Assembly (NCBI GenBank): GCA_041488275.1
Contig: JBGPOY010000004.1
Span: 795 to 64,794 of the forward strand
Length of the DNA: 64,000 bases
Direction: 5' to 3'
Source: Candidatus Nanoarchaeia archaeon
GTDB taxonomy: Archaea > Nanobdellota > Nanobdellia > Woesearchaeales > ARS49
Of this stretch, positions 36,131 to 44,582 are shown in pieces. The notes beneath the pieces were generated by a model, which saw only the letters and a list, made by a program, of their open reading frames with translations, ran no database searches and had not been told where the DNA came from. The position numbers and the translations under genes are program-made. The first letter of the stretch is position 1. The number at the start of each line of letters is the position of its first letter.

Positions 36131-37414
36131 ATGCTCGATATCAAGCTCATTCGCGAACATCCCGACCAGGTTAAGGCGGGGCTGAAGAAGCGCACCAATC
36201 CTGAGTATGTGCAGTGGGTTGATGACGTCCGCGCGCTGGATGAGAAAATCCGCAAGCTGAAAGGCGAGACGGACGAACTCAGAGCGCGCCGCAACAAGGT
36301 TTCTGAAGAGATTAACGCCGCGAGAAAGGCGGGCAAGGACATTAAGAAAGTCTTGGAGGAAGCCAAGCAGATTCCCGCCCACATCGCGAACAACGAATCA
36401 AAATTACAAGAATTCGAGACGCAAATCAGGTATTTCCTGTTACGCATTCCGAACTTGCTGCAGGACTCAGTTCCTGTCGGCAAGGATGAGACGCACAACA
36501 AGGTCGTCAAGGAGTTCGGCAAGCCCGTCAAGCAGTCCTTCGAGCCGTTGAGCCACATCGACTTGGTCACGCTGGGCGATCTCGCTGACTTCGACCGCGC
36601 GGCGAAAATCTCCGGCGCGCGCTGGTATTTCCTGAAAGGAAAGCTCGCGCGACTGCAAATGGCATTGATGGAGTACGCGACGGACTTCATGACGAAAAAG
36701 GGATATCTCATGACGGTGCCGCCGTACTTCATGAATCGAGCGGCGTACGAAGGCGTCACCGATATGGGCGCGTTCCAAGACGTCTTGTACAAAGTCGAGG
36801 GCGAGGACCTGTACGGCATCGCCACGTCCGAGCACCCGTTGACGGCGCAGTTCAAGGACGAAGTTCTCGAAGCGTCGCAATTGCCCATCAAGCTCTTCGG
36901 CATCTCGCCGTGTTTCCGCAAGGAAGCAGGCGCGCACGGCCGCGACCAAAAAGGCATTTTCCGCGTGCACCAATTCCACAAAGTTGAACAAATCATCATC
37001 AGCAAGCCCGAGGATTCCGAAAAACTGCACGAGGAAATGGCGCGCAACGCCATCGAGTTCTGGCAATCTTTAGGAATGCCGTTCCACCAAATCCTGCTGT
37101 GTTCCGGCGACACCGGCGCAGTTTCATCGAAAACGTACGATATGGAAGTCTGGATGCCTGTGCAGAACGCGTACCGTGAAGTCGTGTCGTGTTCGAACTG
37201 CACCGATTATCAGGCGCGCCGCTTGAACATCCGCTTCCAGGACAAGCAGGAGCGGGGATTTGTCCACACGCTGAACTCGACGCTCACGACGGATACGCGT
37301 CCATTGGTCGCAATCATGGAGAACAATCAGGATAAGAACGGCACCATCACCATCCCTGAACCGCTGCAAAAGTACTGCGGGTTCAAAACGATAGAAACGA
37401 AACCGAAAAAGTAA
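36131..37414 (+). CDS. serS: Seryl-tRNA synthetase
   Basis: Class II motifs and an N-terminal coiled-coil arm. The ORF extension through the tRNA is rejected. Confidence 0.9.
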   Translation: MLDIKLIREHPDQVKAGLKKRTNPEYVQWVDDVRALDEKIRKLKGETDELRARRNKVSEEINAARKAGKDIKKVLEEAKQIPAHIANNESKLQEFETQIRYFLLRIPNLLQDSVPVGKDETHNKVVKEFGKPVKQSFEPLSHIDLVTLGDLADFDRAAKISGARWYFLKGKLARLQMALMEYATDFMTKKGYLMTVPPYFMNRAAYEGVTDMGAFQDVLYKVEGEDLYGIATSEHPLTAQFKDEVLEASQLPIKLFGISPCFRKEAGAHGRDQKGIFRVHQFHKVEQIIISKPEDSEKLHEEMARNAIEFWQSLGMPFHQILLCSGDTGAVSSKTYDMEVWMPVQNAYREVVSCSNCTDYQARRLNIRFQDKQERGFVHTLNSTLTTDTRPLVAIMENNQDKNGTITIPEPLQKYCGFKTIETKPKK

Positions 37415-37689
37415 TGGCGAAAATCCCCGCGTTTGTCTGGCTGGTGCTCGGAGCGGTCGTTGCTTTCATCTCCTACGAAGTCGGTCCCGCGTTCCAATGG
37501 TTTCTCTATCTCGGATTGTTCTTCGTCGCCGTAGGAGTCGTCAAACTGTTCTTCGGGCGCAAAACGCTAGGACCGATCTATCCTGCGCACCCCGTGCAGC
37601 GCGCCCATCAGCATTTCTGCCCGCGCTGCAGGCATCCGACGCACCCGACGGACAGGTTTTGCAGGAATTGCGGGCAGCGCTTGCGTTAG
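37414..37689 (+). CDS. Small membrane protein with C-terminal zinc ribbon (CPRC...CRNC)
   Basis: Two transmembrane helices followed by CxxC...CxxC. The start overlaps the serS stop (TAATG). Confidence 0.5.
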   Translation: MAKIPAFVWLVLGAVVAFISYEVGPAFQWFLYLGLFFVAVGVVKLFFGRKTLGPIYPAHPVQRAHQHFCPRCRHPTHPTDRFCRNCGQRLR

Positions 37690-38075
37690 TGCGTGCCTGC
37701 GTAGAAATTGATGTCTTCAGAAGTAATCGTGAGCTTGTGTTGCTTTCCCCAAGCGATAAACTGCTTGATGCGTTCGTCGAGTCGCGTTTGGGGCAGCGAG
37801 CGCGGTCCGTTCGCTTTGTCATTGGGTCCAACGCCGAATTCCCCTTCATCTTCGGTGAATATCTTTTGCCGGATAACAACCTGACCTGCCGTTGCCTTTT
37901 GGTCATCAGCGAGGCAGAGGAACTCGATTCCATCGGGAAACACATTCGATGCGAGACTGTCGCAAGGAGTGCCATCAGGCAAGACGGCAAGAGGGCCATA
38001 CTGTTCACGATATTGCCGAAGCGGCAATTCACGCCGGATGCCGATGTAGAGTTCACCATGATAGTCGATAGACAT
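37686..38075 (-). CDS. Hypothetical protein (129 aa)
   Basis: Reverse TATA (ccattaaagc) about 22 bp upstream of ATG 38075. Composition is more protein-like than the overlapping Arg-rich plus-strand ORF. Confidence 0.45.
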   Translation of the reverse strand: MSIDYHGELYIGIRRELPLRQYREQYGPLAVLPDGTPCDSLASNVFPDGIEFLCLADDQKATAGQVVIRQKIFTEDEGEFGVGPNDKANGPRSLPQTRLDERIKQFIAWGKQHKLTITSEDINFYAGTH

Positions 38076-38139
38076 ATCTCTCGAGACAAAGAACTTCCAT
38101 TAAAGCATTTCGCGCCTGCACTACTCCATCCCCTAAAAC

Positions 38140-38149
38140 TTTATATAAA
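38140..38149 (+). promoter_or_regulatory. TATA box (tttatataaa) of orc1/cdc6, leaderless spacing
   Basis: Ends 21 bp before ATG 38170. Confidence 0.55.
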
Positions 38150-38169
38150 CCTCCGAACCACGTCGGTGT

Positions 38170-39246
38170 ATGGGGTTGTTCAACCAAAAGGGCGGTGGCG
38201 AAACGCTCTTCCAGAACGAGGACGCGCTGAATCTCGAGTTCGTGCCCAAGCTTCTTCCCTATCGCGACCTTCAGCAGAAGCGCGTCGCCGCGTGCATTCG
38301 TCCCTTGCTGGAAGGCAGGAACGGGCGCAACGCGCTCATTCACGGCCCTCCGGGCATCGGTAAGACAGCCGCAATTCAGTGGGTCAAGCGCGAATTGGAA
38401 GAAACTACCGACGATGTGTACATCGCGTACATCAATTGCTGGCAGAAGAACACGACGTTCAAGATTTTTGAGGAATTGTGCCAGCAGTTCGACTACAAGT
38501 TCACGCAGAACAAGCGCACCGAGGAATTGTTCGAAATTCTCAAGCAGCGCGTCAACAAAAAAGCCGGCCTGTTCATCTTCGACGAGATTGACAAGGTGGA
38601 CGACCACGACTTCCTTTACTCCATCCTTGAAGAAATTTACAAGAAGTCAGTCATTCTCATCACGAACTACAAAGAATGGCTCGAGGATGTCGACGAGCGC
38701 GTCCGCTCTCGCCTGATGCCGGAAGTCGTCGAGTTCAACTCCTACTCGCTAGCGGAAACGCTCGGCATTCTGAAACAGCGTTCCGACCTCGCGTTCGCGT
38801 CCGGCACCGTCTCCAACGATGCATTAACCGCAATCGCGACGCAGGCGTACGACGCCCATGATGTCCGCACGGGCATGTACATGCTCCGCGAAGCCTCGCT
38901 TGCAGCGGAATACGCCAACTCAAGAGTCATCACGCTCGACCACGCCAAAGTCGCCATCGGCAAGGCAAAAGAATTCGTCATCCGCCGCTCGGACGATTTG
39001 AACGAAGACACCAAACAAGTCTTTGACGTCGTGAAAAAGAATTCCGGCAGCAAAATCGGCGACCTGTTCCGGATGTACAAGGAAGTCGGCGGGTTCGGCA
39101 CGTACAAAACCTTTCAAAGAAAAATCGAGCGCCTCGAAAAGGGCGGCTTCATCACGGCGAACAAGCTCGTCGGCGGCAAGGAAGGCACGACCACCATTGT
39201 CGAGCTCGCGAACGGCGAAAAAGCAACGACTTTGGACCGATTCTAG
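38170..39246 (+). CDS. orc1: Orc1/Cdc6 replication initiator (AAA+ plus winged helix)
   Basis: Walker A HGPPGIGKTA, Walker B LFIFDEID, sensor motifs, C-terminal winged-helix domain. Confidence 0.9.
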   Translation: MGLFNQKGGGETLFQNEDALNLEFVPKLLPYRDLQQKRVAACIRPLLEGRNGRNALIHGPPGIGKTAAIQWVKRELEETTDDVYIAYINCWQKNTTFKIFEELCQQFDYKFTQNKRTEELFEILKQRVNKKAGLFIFDEIDKVDDHDFLYSILEEIYKKSVILITNYKEWLEDVDERVRSRLMPEVVEFNSYSLAETLGILKQRSDLAFASGTVSNDALTAIATQAYDAHDVRTGMYMLREASLAAEYANSRVITLDHAKVAIGKAKEFVIRRSDDLNEDTKQVFDVVKKNSGSKIGDLFRMYKEVGGFGTYKTFQRKIERLEKGGFITANKLVGGKEGTTTIVELANGEKATTLDRF

Positions 39247-39400
39247 GAATTATTCCGTTATCATCCCGTATTCTCCTTCACACTCCACCTGACACTGGAC
39301 AACCATCAGCGTAGCCGATTTAAAAGCAGATTTCTTCAAGAAACTCACGACGGACGCGCCCGAAAGGGCCTTCCGCTCATAACCAAACGAGGTGATCGAA

Positions 39401-39535
39401 ATGGTTGATTTGGAAACAGGAACGATACGACGGTTGTTTCATGAACAGGTGCGCAAGCTCACGAAGGGCTCACTCCCGCCCAAGACGCGGCTGAAGACCT
39501 TTGACGTGCAGTTCTCGGACCGGTGGTTGATATGA
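39401..39535 (+). CDS. Micro-ORF A (44 aa, basic)
   Basis: Shine-Dalgarno-like GGTGA 7 nt upstream, TATA (gatttaaaag) at ~39318, codon third positions GC-rich like neighbouring genes. Confidence 0.35.
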   Translation: MVDLETGTIRRLFHEQVRKLTKGSLPPKTRLKTFDVQFSDRWLI

Positions 39536-39675
39536 ACACCGGCAAAGACTACTTTACCGAGGAAGAGATTGAAGGCGACCTGTACTTCGACGAAGCGCTC
39601 GCGCGCCTGAACGAAGACGGCGAGCTTTCCGGCTTTGAAGAAGGCTTCATGCACGGCTATCTCTCGGCGTATTAA
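39532..39675 (+). CDS. Micro-ORF B (47 aa, highly acidic), ATGA-coupled to micro-ORF A
   Basis: MNTGKDYFTEEEIEGDLYFDEALARLNEDGELSGFEEGFMHGYLSAY. Followed by a hairpin plus T-run. Confidence 0.35.
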   Translation: MNTGKDYFTEEEIEGDLYFDEALARLNEDGELSGFEEGFMHGYLSAY

Positions 39676-39686
39676 ACTCCCTTACC

Positions 39687-39720
39687 CTCCCGCGGTCCCC
39701 CCGCGGAGGTTTCTTTTTTT
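39687..39720 (+). terminator. GC-rich hairpin (cccgcgg-tcccc-ccgcggag) followed by a T-run ttcttttttt
   Basis: Read directly from the sequence. Lies between the converging micro-ORF B and the GT4 gene. Confidence 0.5.
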
Positions 39721-40833
39721 CTAGAAATTCACCAGCGCATTTCTGACATTCACGGCGACATTCTTCCACGAGCGCTTTTCTTCCACGGTCTTGCGCGCCT
39801 CGACGCCCAAGGCCTTGCGCGTTTCCTCGTGCAGCAGCAGGAATTTCAGCAGGTCCGCGAGCGTGCGGGCGTCCCTGCGCGGGAAGATGAGCCCGTTCTT
39901 GCCGTCCTCGATGTATTCGCGCACCGACCCGACCGGAGTCACGAGCACGGCGCACCCGCACGCCATCGCCTCCAGCGTCGTCAACGACGTGGTTTCCGTC
40001 AGTGACGGCAAGACGTAAATGTCGCTCGCTTGGTAATAGGGAACGACGTTATTCTGTTGTCCGAGCAGCAGGACGCGAGAACTGGGCTTGATGCCGTCAG
40101 CTACTCCGCTGCCGACAATCAGCAACAGCACATTCGGGAAGTCCTTGCGCAAGTGTTGGAACGCCGTGTACAACGTGCCGATGTTTTTCTCGCGCGCGAG
40201 TCTGCCGACGTAGGTAATGACGAACTGCGACGGCAAAACGCCAATCGCGCGTTTCGCTTCCGTGCGGCTGACAGGAGGAATGAATCGAGAGGTATCGATG
40301 CCGAGCTGAACAACTTGCTTCTTCGTCGTGATGCCCTGCATCGTGAGCAGTTCGTCGAGCTCTTGCGACGGAACGAGCAACAGGTTGCACTTGTTGTAGA
40401 GCCAGCGAACGATGAGCTTCATCGTCCACCACGTCGTGCGGCGGAAGTGCTTGAGGCTCTTGCTGACCAGTTCCCACTCAACGCTGTGCACATAACTGAT
40501 AACCGGACGCTTGAGCTTCGACGCCGCGAGAATCGCGCCCACGCCGATGGGGCCGAGCGCCTGGTTGAACACGACGTCGTGCTGTCGTACTAAGTTGCGG
40601 ATGCGTTTCGTGCTGAACTTGGACAGGAAGATGTCGCCGAACCGGAACGGCATCAGCGGCAAGCGGATAATTTTGACGCCGGGAATCGACGGCGTTTCGC
40701 CCTCGAACGCGGGGCACACTACCGTAATCTCAAAGTCTTCCTGCAGTGTCGGAATCAGGCTGTGCAGGAACCGCGCAATGCCGTCCCATCGAGGAAGGAA
40801 GTTGTCGGTCGTAATCAAAAGCTTCTTTTTCAT
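39721..40833 (-). CDS. Glycosyltransferase family 4 (GT-B)
   Basis: GT4 signature in the C-terminal half (EAMACGCAVLVTPVGSVREYIEDGKNG). Confidence 0.85.
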   Translation of the reverse strand: MKKKLLITTDNFLPRWDGIARFLHSLIPTLQEDFEITVVCPAFEGETPSIPGVKIIRLPLMPFRFGDIFLSKFSTKRIRNLVRQHDVVFNQALGPIGVGAILAASKLKRPVISYVHSVEWELVSKSLKHFRRTTWWTMKLIVRWLYNKCNLLLVPSQELDELLTMQGITTKKQVVQLGIDTSRFIPPVSRTEAKRAIGVLPSQFVITYVGRLAREKNIGTLYTAFQHLRKDFPNVLLLIVGSGVADGIKPSSRVLLLGQQNNVVPYYQASDIYVLPSLTETTSLTTLEAMACGCAVLVTPVGSVREYIEDGKNGLIFPRRDARTLADLLKFLLLHEETRKALGVEARKTVEEKRSWKNVAVNVRNALVNF

Positions 40834-41528
40834 ATGAGTTCAATCCACGGTTTGAGATACGGCGCAAGCCAGTTCGTCAGGAGCGTTCCGATGACGCCGC
40901 CGATGATGCCGGAAATGACGCCGTTGAGCGTGTACGCCAGCACGGGGTTCAGGTGCAATGCGCCGAACAGGAATGCCATCGAGGGCAGGATGAACGCTTC
41001 GTACAAGCCCGCGAGCAGCGCGGTCTGCAAGGGAGCGATACGCTTCACGCGCACGTGTTTGCCGTTCAGCGTCATACCAAGCTTGAGCGGCAGGAGATTG
41101 TAGATTGCGAACAGGATAAGGAACGAGAGCGCTGTCGCGGCAAACCCCAGCAAGGCCGTCCCGAGGAACGGCACGCTGCTGATGCGCGCGATCGTGTCCT
41201 CAATCAGGAACAAGACCGTGAGAAACACGGCGTTGCCGATGGCTGCAGGAATGAGGTTGATGTGCGTAATCGTGAATTCTTTGCCGCCGAGCGTGCCACG
41301 CACAACTCGTTTTGTCACGTGCCAGATGCCGAGCGCGATAAGCGTGCCGAACACGCCGACCAGCAAGCCAAGGATGATGTCGCTCGCGATGCCGCCCACG
41401 CCCGGCGTGCGGAACGCAAGAGGAAGCACGAACGGAAGCGCGCCCATCACGAACAGCGTCGCGCCTTCGAAGAGGAGCAGGATGGCTGCCATATCGAGGA
41501 CGTTGATTCGCGTGATGGGTTGTCGCAT
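40830..41528 (-). CDS. Integral membrane protein of unknown function (232 aa)
   Basis: Six to seven predicted transmembrane helices. Overlaps the neighbouring genes by 4 nt at each end. Confidence 0.55.
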   Translation of the reverse strand: MRQPITRINVLDMAAILLLFEGATLFVMGALPFVLPLAFRTPGVGGIASDIILGLLVGVFGTLIALGIWHVTKRVVRGTLGGKEFTITHINLIPAAIGNAVFLTVLFLIEDTIARISSVPFLGTALLGFAATALSFLILFAIYNLLPLKLGMTLNGKHVRVKRIAPLQTALLAGLYEAFILPSMAFLFGALHLNPVLAYTLNGVISGIIGGVIGTLLTNWLAPYLKPWIELI

Positions 41529-41529
41529 A

Positions 41530-42180
41530 TTAGTTCATCCGGTAAAACGCTTCGGCGTATTTACAATGATTGTTCCAGCCCGTGATGAGCGCGTGCAGCA
41601 CCATACGCAAACGCATCGGCAGCATGAGCAGGAGACCGACTTGGCTTTCATGAGCATCATACGCCTTGAGCTTGAGCGGGAACGTTTCAGTAATGTCAAC
41701 AACGAGCTTGGGCTTGTTGCTGTGCCGCACGTTGAGCGGGTTCCAGACGTCGAACGTGTAGACAGGACAGGAAAGCTTGCGCTCCTTCAGAATACCCGAA
41801 ACGAGCTTGTACACCGCCTTGTGGTCGGGATGCGGGTCGTCAATGCTGTGCGTGAAAATCTTGGTCGGCTTTTCGTGCTCGACAAAGTCGATGACGCGTT
41901 CCTTGATGCCTTTCTGGACGATTTCCTGCACGAACTTTCCTTCGTGAAGCCCGAAAAAAGTCACGCCCTTGCCGCCGAGAATGCGGTCGGACTTCTTCGC
42001 CTCGCGGACGCGCGTCTGCACGATGATTTGCGGCTGCATGTACGGGTGGCTCATCTCGCCGTACGAGAACACGACCGTCTTCACGGTCTTGCCTTCCTGG
42101 GCGTACTTCGCGAACGTTCCCCCGCCGCCGATGATTTGGTCATCGTTGTGGGCGCACAGGAACAGGATGGTTTCCTTCAT
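41530..42180 (-). CDS. PIG-L/LmbE-family N-acetylglucosaminyl deacetylase
   Basis: LFLCAHNDDQIIGGGGT...HPDH zinc-binding motifs. Start set at ATG 42180, which has a reverse TATA (ctttttaaagg) about 27 bp upstream. Confidence 0.8.
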   Translation of the reverse strand: MKETILFLCAHNDDQIIGGGGTFAKYAQEGKTVKTVVFSYGEMSHPYMQPQIIVQTRVREAKKSDRILGGKGVTFFGLHEGKFVQEIVQKGIKERVIDFVEHEKPTKIFTHSIDDPHPDHKAVYKLVSGILKERKLSCPVYTFDVWNPLNVRHSNKPKLVVDITETFPLKLKAYDAHESQVGLLLMLPMRLRMVLHALITGWNNHCKYAEAFYRMN

Positions 42181-42258
42181 GGGCGAATTCACGAGAACGC
42201 GCTTTTTAAAGGTTTGTCTGAAGGAAAGATTTATATCGTTGCTCGCGGTTTCGCTACT

Positions 42259-42603
42259 ATGGAGCTCACGGAACTTCTGTCGCTTTCGTTCGGAAAACCC
42301 GCCGCGTCGCGAGACTTGCAGCACCTGTTCGAATATTTCTCGATTGCCGTCCCGTGCACCGTCCGCATTCCCGATTGGTATTCCCTGCGCGGCACCATCG
42401 CGAACGAGAAAGCCATTATCGAGTTTACCATGTGCAGCCCGAATGCAGGACCCGTTATTGGGCTCGCGTTTTCGCGCCGGTACGATCCGTTAGGGATGTG
42501 GACGAAGCACGAAAAGACGCTGCTCAAGGACCTGCACAAGGCGTACAGGAAGAAATATGCACCGGGAGGGAATCGAACCCTCACCATCAGCTTGGAAGGC
42601 TGA
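42259..42603 (+). CDS. Hypothetical protein (114 aa) whose last 45 nt overlap tRNA-Gly on the opposite strand
   Basis: TATA (gatttatatcg) ends about 22 bp upstream of the ATG. Composition is protein-like, but the overlap with a tRNA gene is unusual. Confidence 0.3.
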   Translation: MELTELLSLSFGKPAASRDLQHLFEYFSIAVPCTVRIPDWYSLRGTIANEKAIIEFTMCSPNAGPVIGLAFSRRYDPLGMWTKHEKTLLKDLHKAYRKKYAPGGNRTLTISLEG

Positions 42604-42628
42604 GGTCATACCACTAGACCACCGGTGC
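42558..42628 (-). tRNA. tRNA-Gly (anticodon TCC)
   Basis: Acceptor gcaccgg/ccggtgc, anticodon stem tcagc/gctga with loop ctTCCaa, T arm gaggg-ttcgatt-ccctc. Confidence 0.8.
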
Positions 42629-42662
42629 GATGAGAATTCCTGCCCTCGGGACGTTTATAAAT

Positions 42663-43721
42663 TTAGCGCTGGCTCGCGAGCAATTCACGACGAAGATTGT
42701 CCAAGAACCGCGGGAAATCTTCTTTCTTGATGCCGCAGCCGACGGCGTGCTCGTGCCCGCCGCCGTATCCTTCGATGCCGACGAGCGCGCGCTGCAGCAG
42801 CGGCAACAGCACCGTCTTCGGTCCCGACCGGAGCGAGCACCGGACTTCGCCGGACTTTTCGCGTCCGAGCACGATGATTTGGTCGTTGTGTTTGTACAAT
42901 AATTCGTTGGCAAGGTCTTTTGTCAGGGAAAGCGTGTCGTCGGTGTACGTGAACACGATGAGCGGGTCGCTGGTCACCGATTTTTCGGCGCGCTTCATGA
43001 GCTCGATATATGACTGATTGATGTGGTCGTACTTTTTCCACAAGAATTTGGAGCGCGGGCTGTTCTTGTCCATCAGTTCTTCGATGCTTTCGACGCGGCT
43101 CAGGATTTTGATGCTCTTCATAACCTCTCCCGTCGGACCTTTTAGGTTGAAGGACAAGAGTTTGATGAGCGGCGCGAGCGGCGAGTTGAACAGCGCTTCC
43201 TCGACGGTCGTGATGTGCGCCGGCAGGAGTTCAGGATACTTTGCGTGGAAGTCCTTGGCAAACGGCGGGAAATACCAGTCGCCGACGCTGCCGAGCGTCG
43301 CAATCCACAAGTCCTGCTGGACGACCTGATAGCAGCCGCACGGCGTGGGAATGTTGAGGTTGTTGCGCAGACGCGGGTTGAAGTAATCAACGCCTGTTCT
43401 TTCTTGCGGCGCGTGGTGGTCCACCCACGTGCACGGAATCCCGTTCAGCGCGTCGAAAAACTCCTGTTCCGCGAGCGCGATGTCGAGGACGAACACGCGG
43501 TCGGCGCCGGCTTCATGCACCTTTTGCGCGTGCGCGGCAGTCAAGCGAGGATACGCCTTGAGCGGGTAACCCCTGCCTTCGCCCTTGTAGCGGTAGAAGA
43601 GCAGAAAGCTCGCCAGTCCGTCCGGGTCGTCGTGAAAGAAGATAAAAGGGCGTTGACAGTGGTCGAGCGCGTCCTTGACGCGGACAACTTGTTCTTCCGT
43701 GAGCATTTGAGGAGGAGTCAT
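42663..43721 (-). CDS. DHH-DHHA1 family phosphoesterase, second paralog
   Basis: FFHDDPDGLASF, VDHHAP, GGGHEHAVGCG. Confidence 0.8.
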   Translation of the reverse strand: MTPPQMLTEEQVVRVKDALDHCQRPFIFFHDDPDGLASFLLFYRYKGEGRGYPLKAYPRLTAAHAQKVHEAGADRVFVLDIALAEQEFFDALNGIPCTWVDHHAPQERTGVDYFNPRLRNNLNIPTPCGCYQVVQQDLWIATLGSVGDWYFPPFAKDFHAKYPELLPAHITTVEEALFNSPLAPLIKLLSFNLKGPTGEVMKSIKILSRVESIEELMDKNSPRSKFLWKKYDHINQSYIELMKRAEKSVTSDPLIVFTYTDDTLSLTKDLANELLYKHNDQIIVLGREKSGEVRCSLRSGPKTVLLPLLQRALVGIEGYGGGHEHAVGCGIKKEDFPRFLDNLRRELLASQR

Positions 43722-43914
43722 GGGTGTTTTTCGCGAGTCGTACTCTCGAGTGCTCCCGCAATAGCTTTTTAAATATTCGCCTTCTCACTCCCAAGTATGG
43801 GGATTTGCGAGCAATGCCACGCGTATCAGGTCTTCAAGGAGAAGTGCTGGTACTATTGGGAAGGAAAGCGCTCCTGCAGCCAGTTCAAAGCGCACGCGGC
43901 AAGCGAGCCGGGCT

Positions 43915-44580
43915 TTATTTCGCTGGAACAGGTTGAGCGGGCGTTGGCGGAAAAACCATAATTTTTGCCTGAGCGACCGCCGCGTCCATCATTATTTCTT
44001 GGTCAGGGACGTTCGTCTCCATTTGTTCAACGTCCGCGAGCCGTGCGTGCGTTGCCGGATGCTGCGCGATGAGAAAACTGCAGCAGTCTTCGTACGGCAG
44101 AATTGAAATCTCGTACGTTCCAATCTGTTTTGACAGTTTGATGGTGTCGACCTTGTCGGCGCCGAGCAACGGCGTCAGAATCGTCTGCGTCGTTGCGCGG
44201 TCGATAACCGTGATGTTGTCCAGCGTTTGCGACGCGACCTGCGCAAGGTTGTCGCCCGTGACGAACGCCTGCGCGCCTTCCTTCTTGAGAATGCGTTCCG
44301 CGATGCGCAGCATAAACCTGCGGTACACAATCATGCGGTGTGTCGCGGGAACGGCCTTGATGAGCGCGAACTGCACGTCCTTGAACGGCACGAGATAGAG
44401 CTTGAGGGGGTGCTTGGCGTACGTCGATAACTGCGTGCACAGCTGCACCACTTTGTTCTCGACGCCCAGCTTGTCCGGCGTTTGGTGATGGAAGTGAACG
44501 GCAACGAGTTCGACGCCCTGCTTGAGCATCAGATAACTTGCAACGGGAGAGTCAATCCCGCCGCTGAGAAGCGAGACCGC
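43915..44580 (-). CDS. ThiI-like PP-loop ATP pyrophosphatase (tRNA sulfurtransferase C-terminal domain only, no THUMP)
   Basis: SGGIDSPVASYLM PP-loop. The ORF extends to 44691 but overlaps the upstream gene, so a GTG/VKAVSLL start near 44580 is assumed. Confidence 0.6.
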   Translation of the reverse strand, partial: AVSLLSGGIDSPVASYLMLKQGVELVAVHFHHQTPDKLGVENKVVQLCTQLSTYAKHPLKLYLVPFKDVQFALIKAVPATHRMIVYRRFMLRIAERILKKEGAQAFVTGDNLAQVASQTLDNITVIDRATTQTILTPLLGADKVDTIKLSKQIGTYEISILPYEDCCSFLIAQHPATHARLADVEQMETNVPDQEIMMDAAVAQAKIMVFPPTPAQPVPAK

Positions 44581-44582
44581 TT

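Noticed and set aside
37497-38363. 288-aa plus-strand ORF (MVSLSRIVLRRRRSRQ...)
   Set aside because: Extreme Arg/Ala/Ser bias typical of out-of-frame reading in high-GC DNA. It overlaps the better-supported minus-strand gene 37686-38075 and the orc1 promoter and 5' end.
39439-39654. 71-aa minus-strand ORF antisense to the micro-ORF pair
   Set aside because: Its composition is less protein-like. It has no RBS or promoter, whereas the plus-strand pair has both and is followed by a terminator.
42231-42587. 118-aa minus-strand ORF (MVRVRFPPGAYFFLY...) between the PIG-L gene and tRNA-Gly
   Set aside because: It overlaps the tRNA and the promoter-supported plus-strand ORF, and its sequence is Cys/Ser/Arg-biased. 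It is probably spurious.
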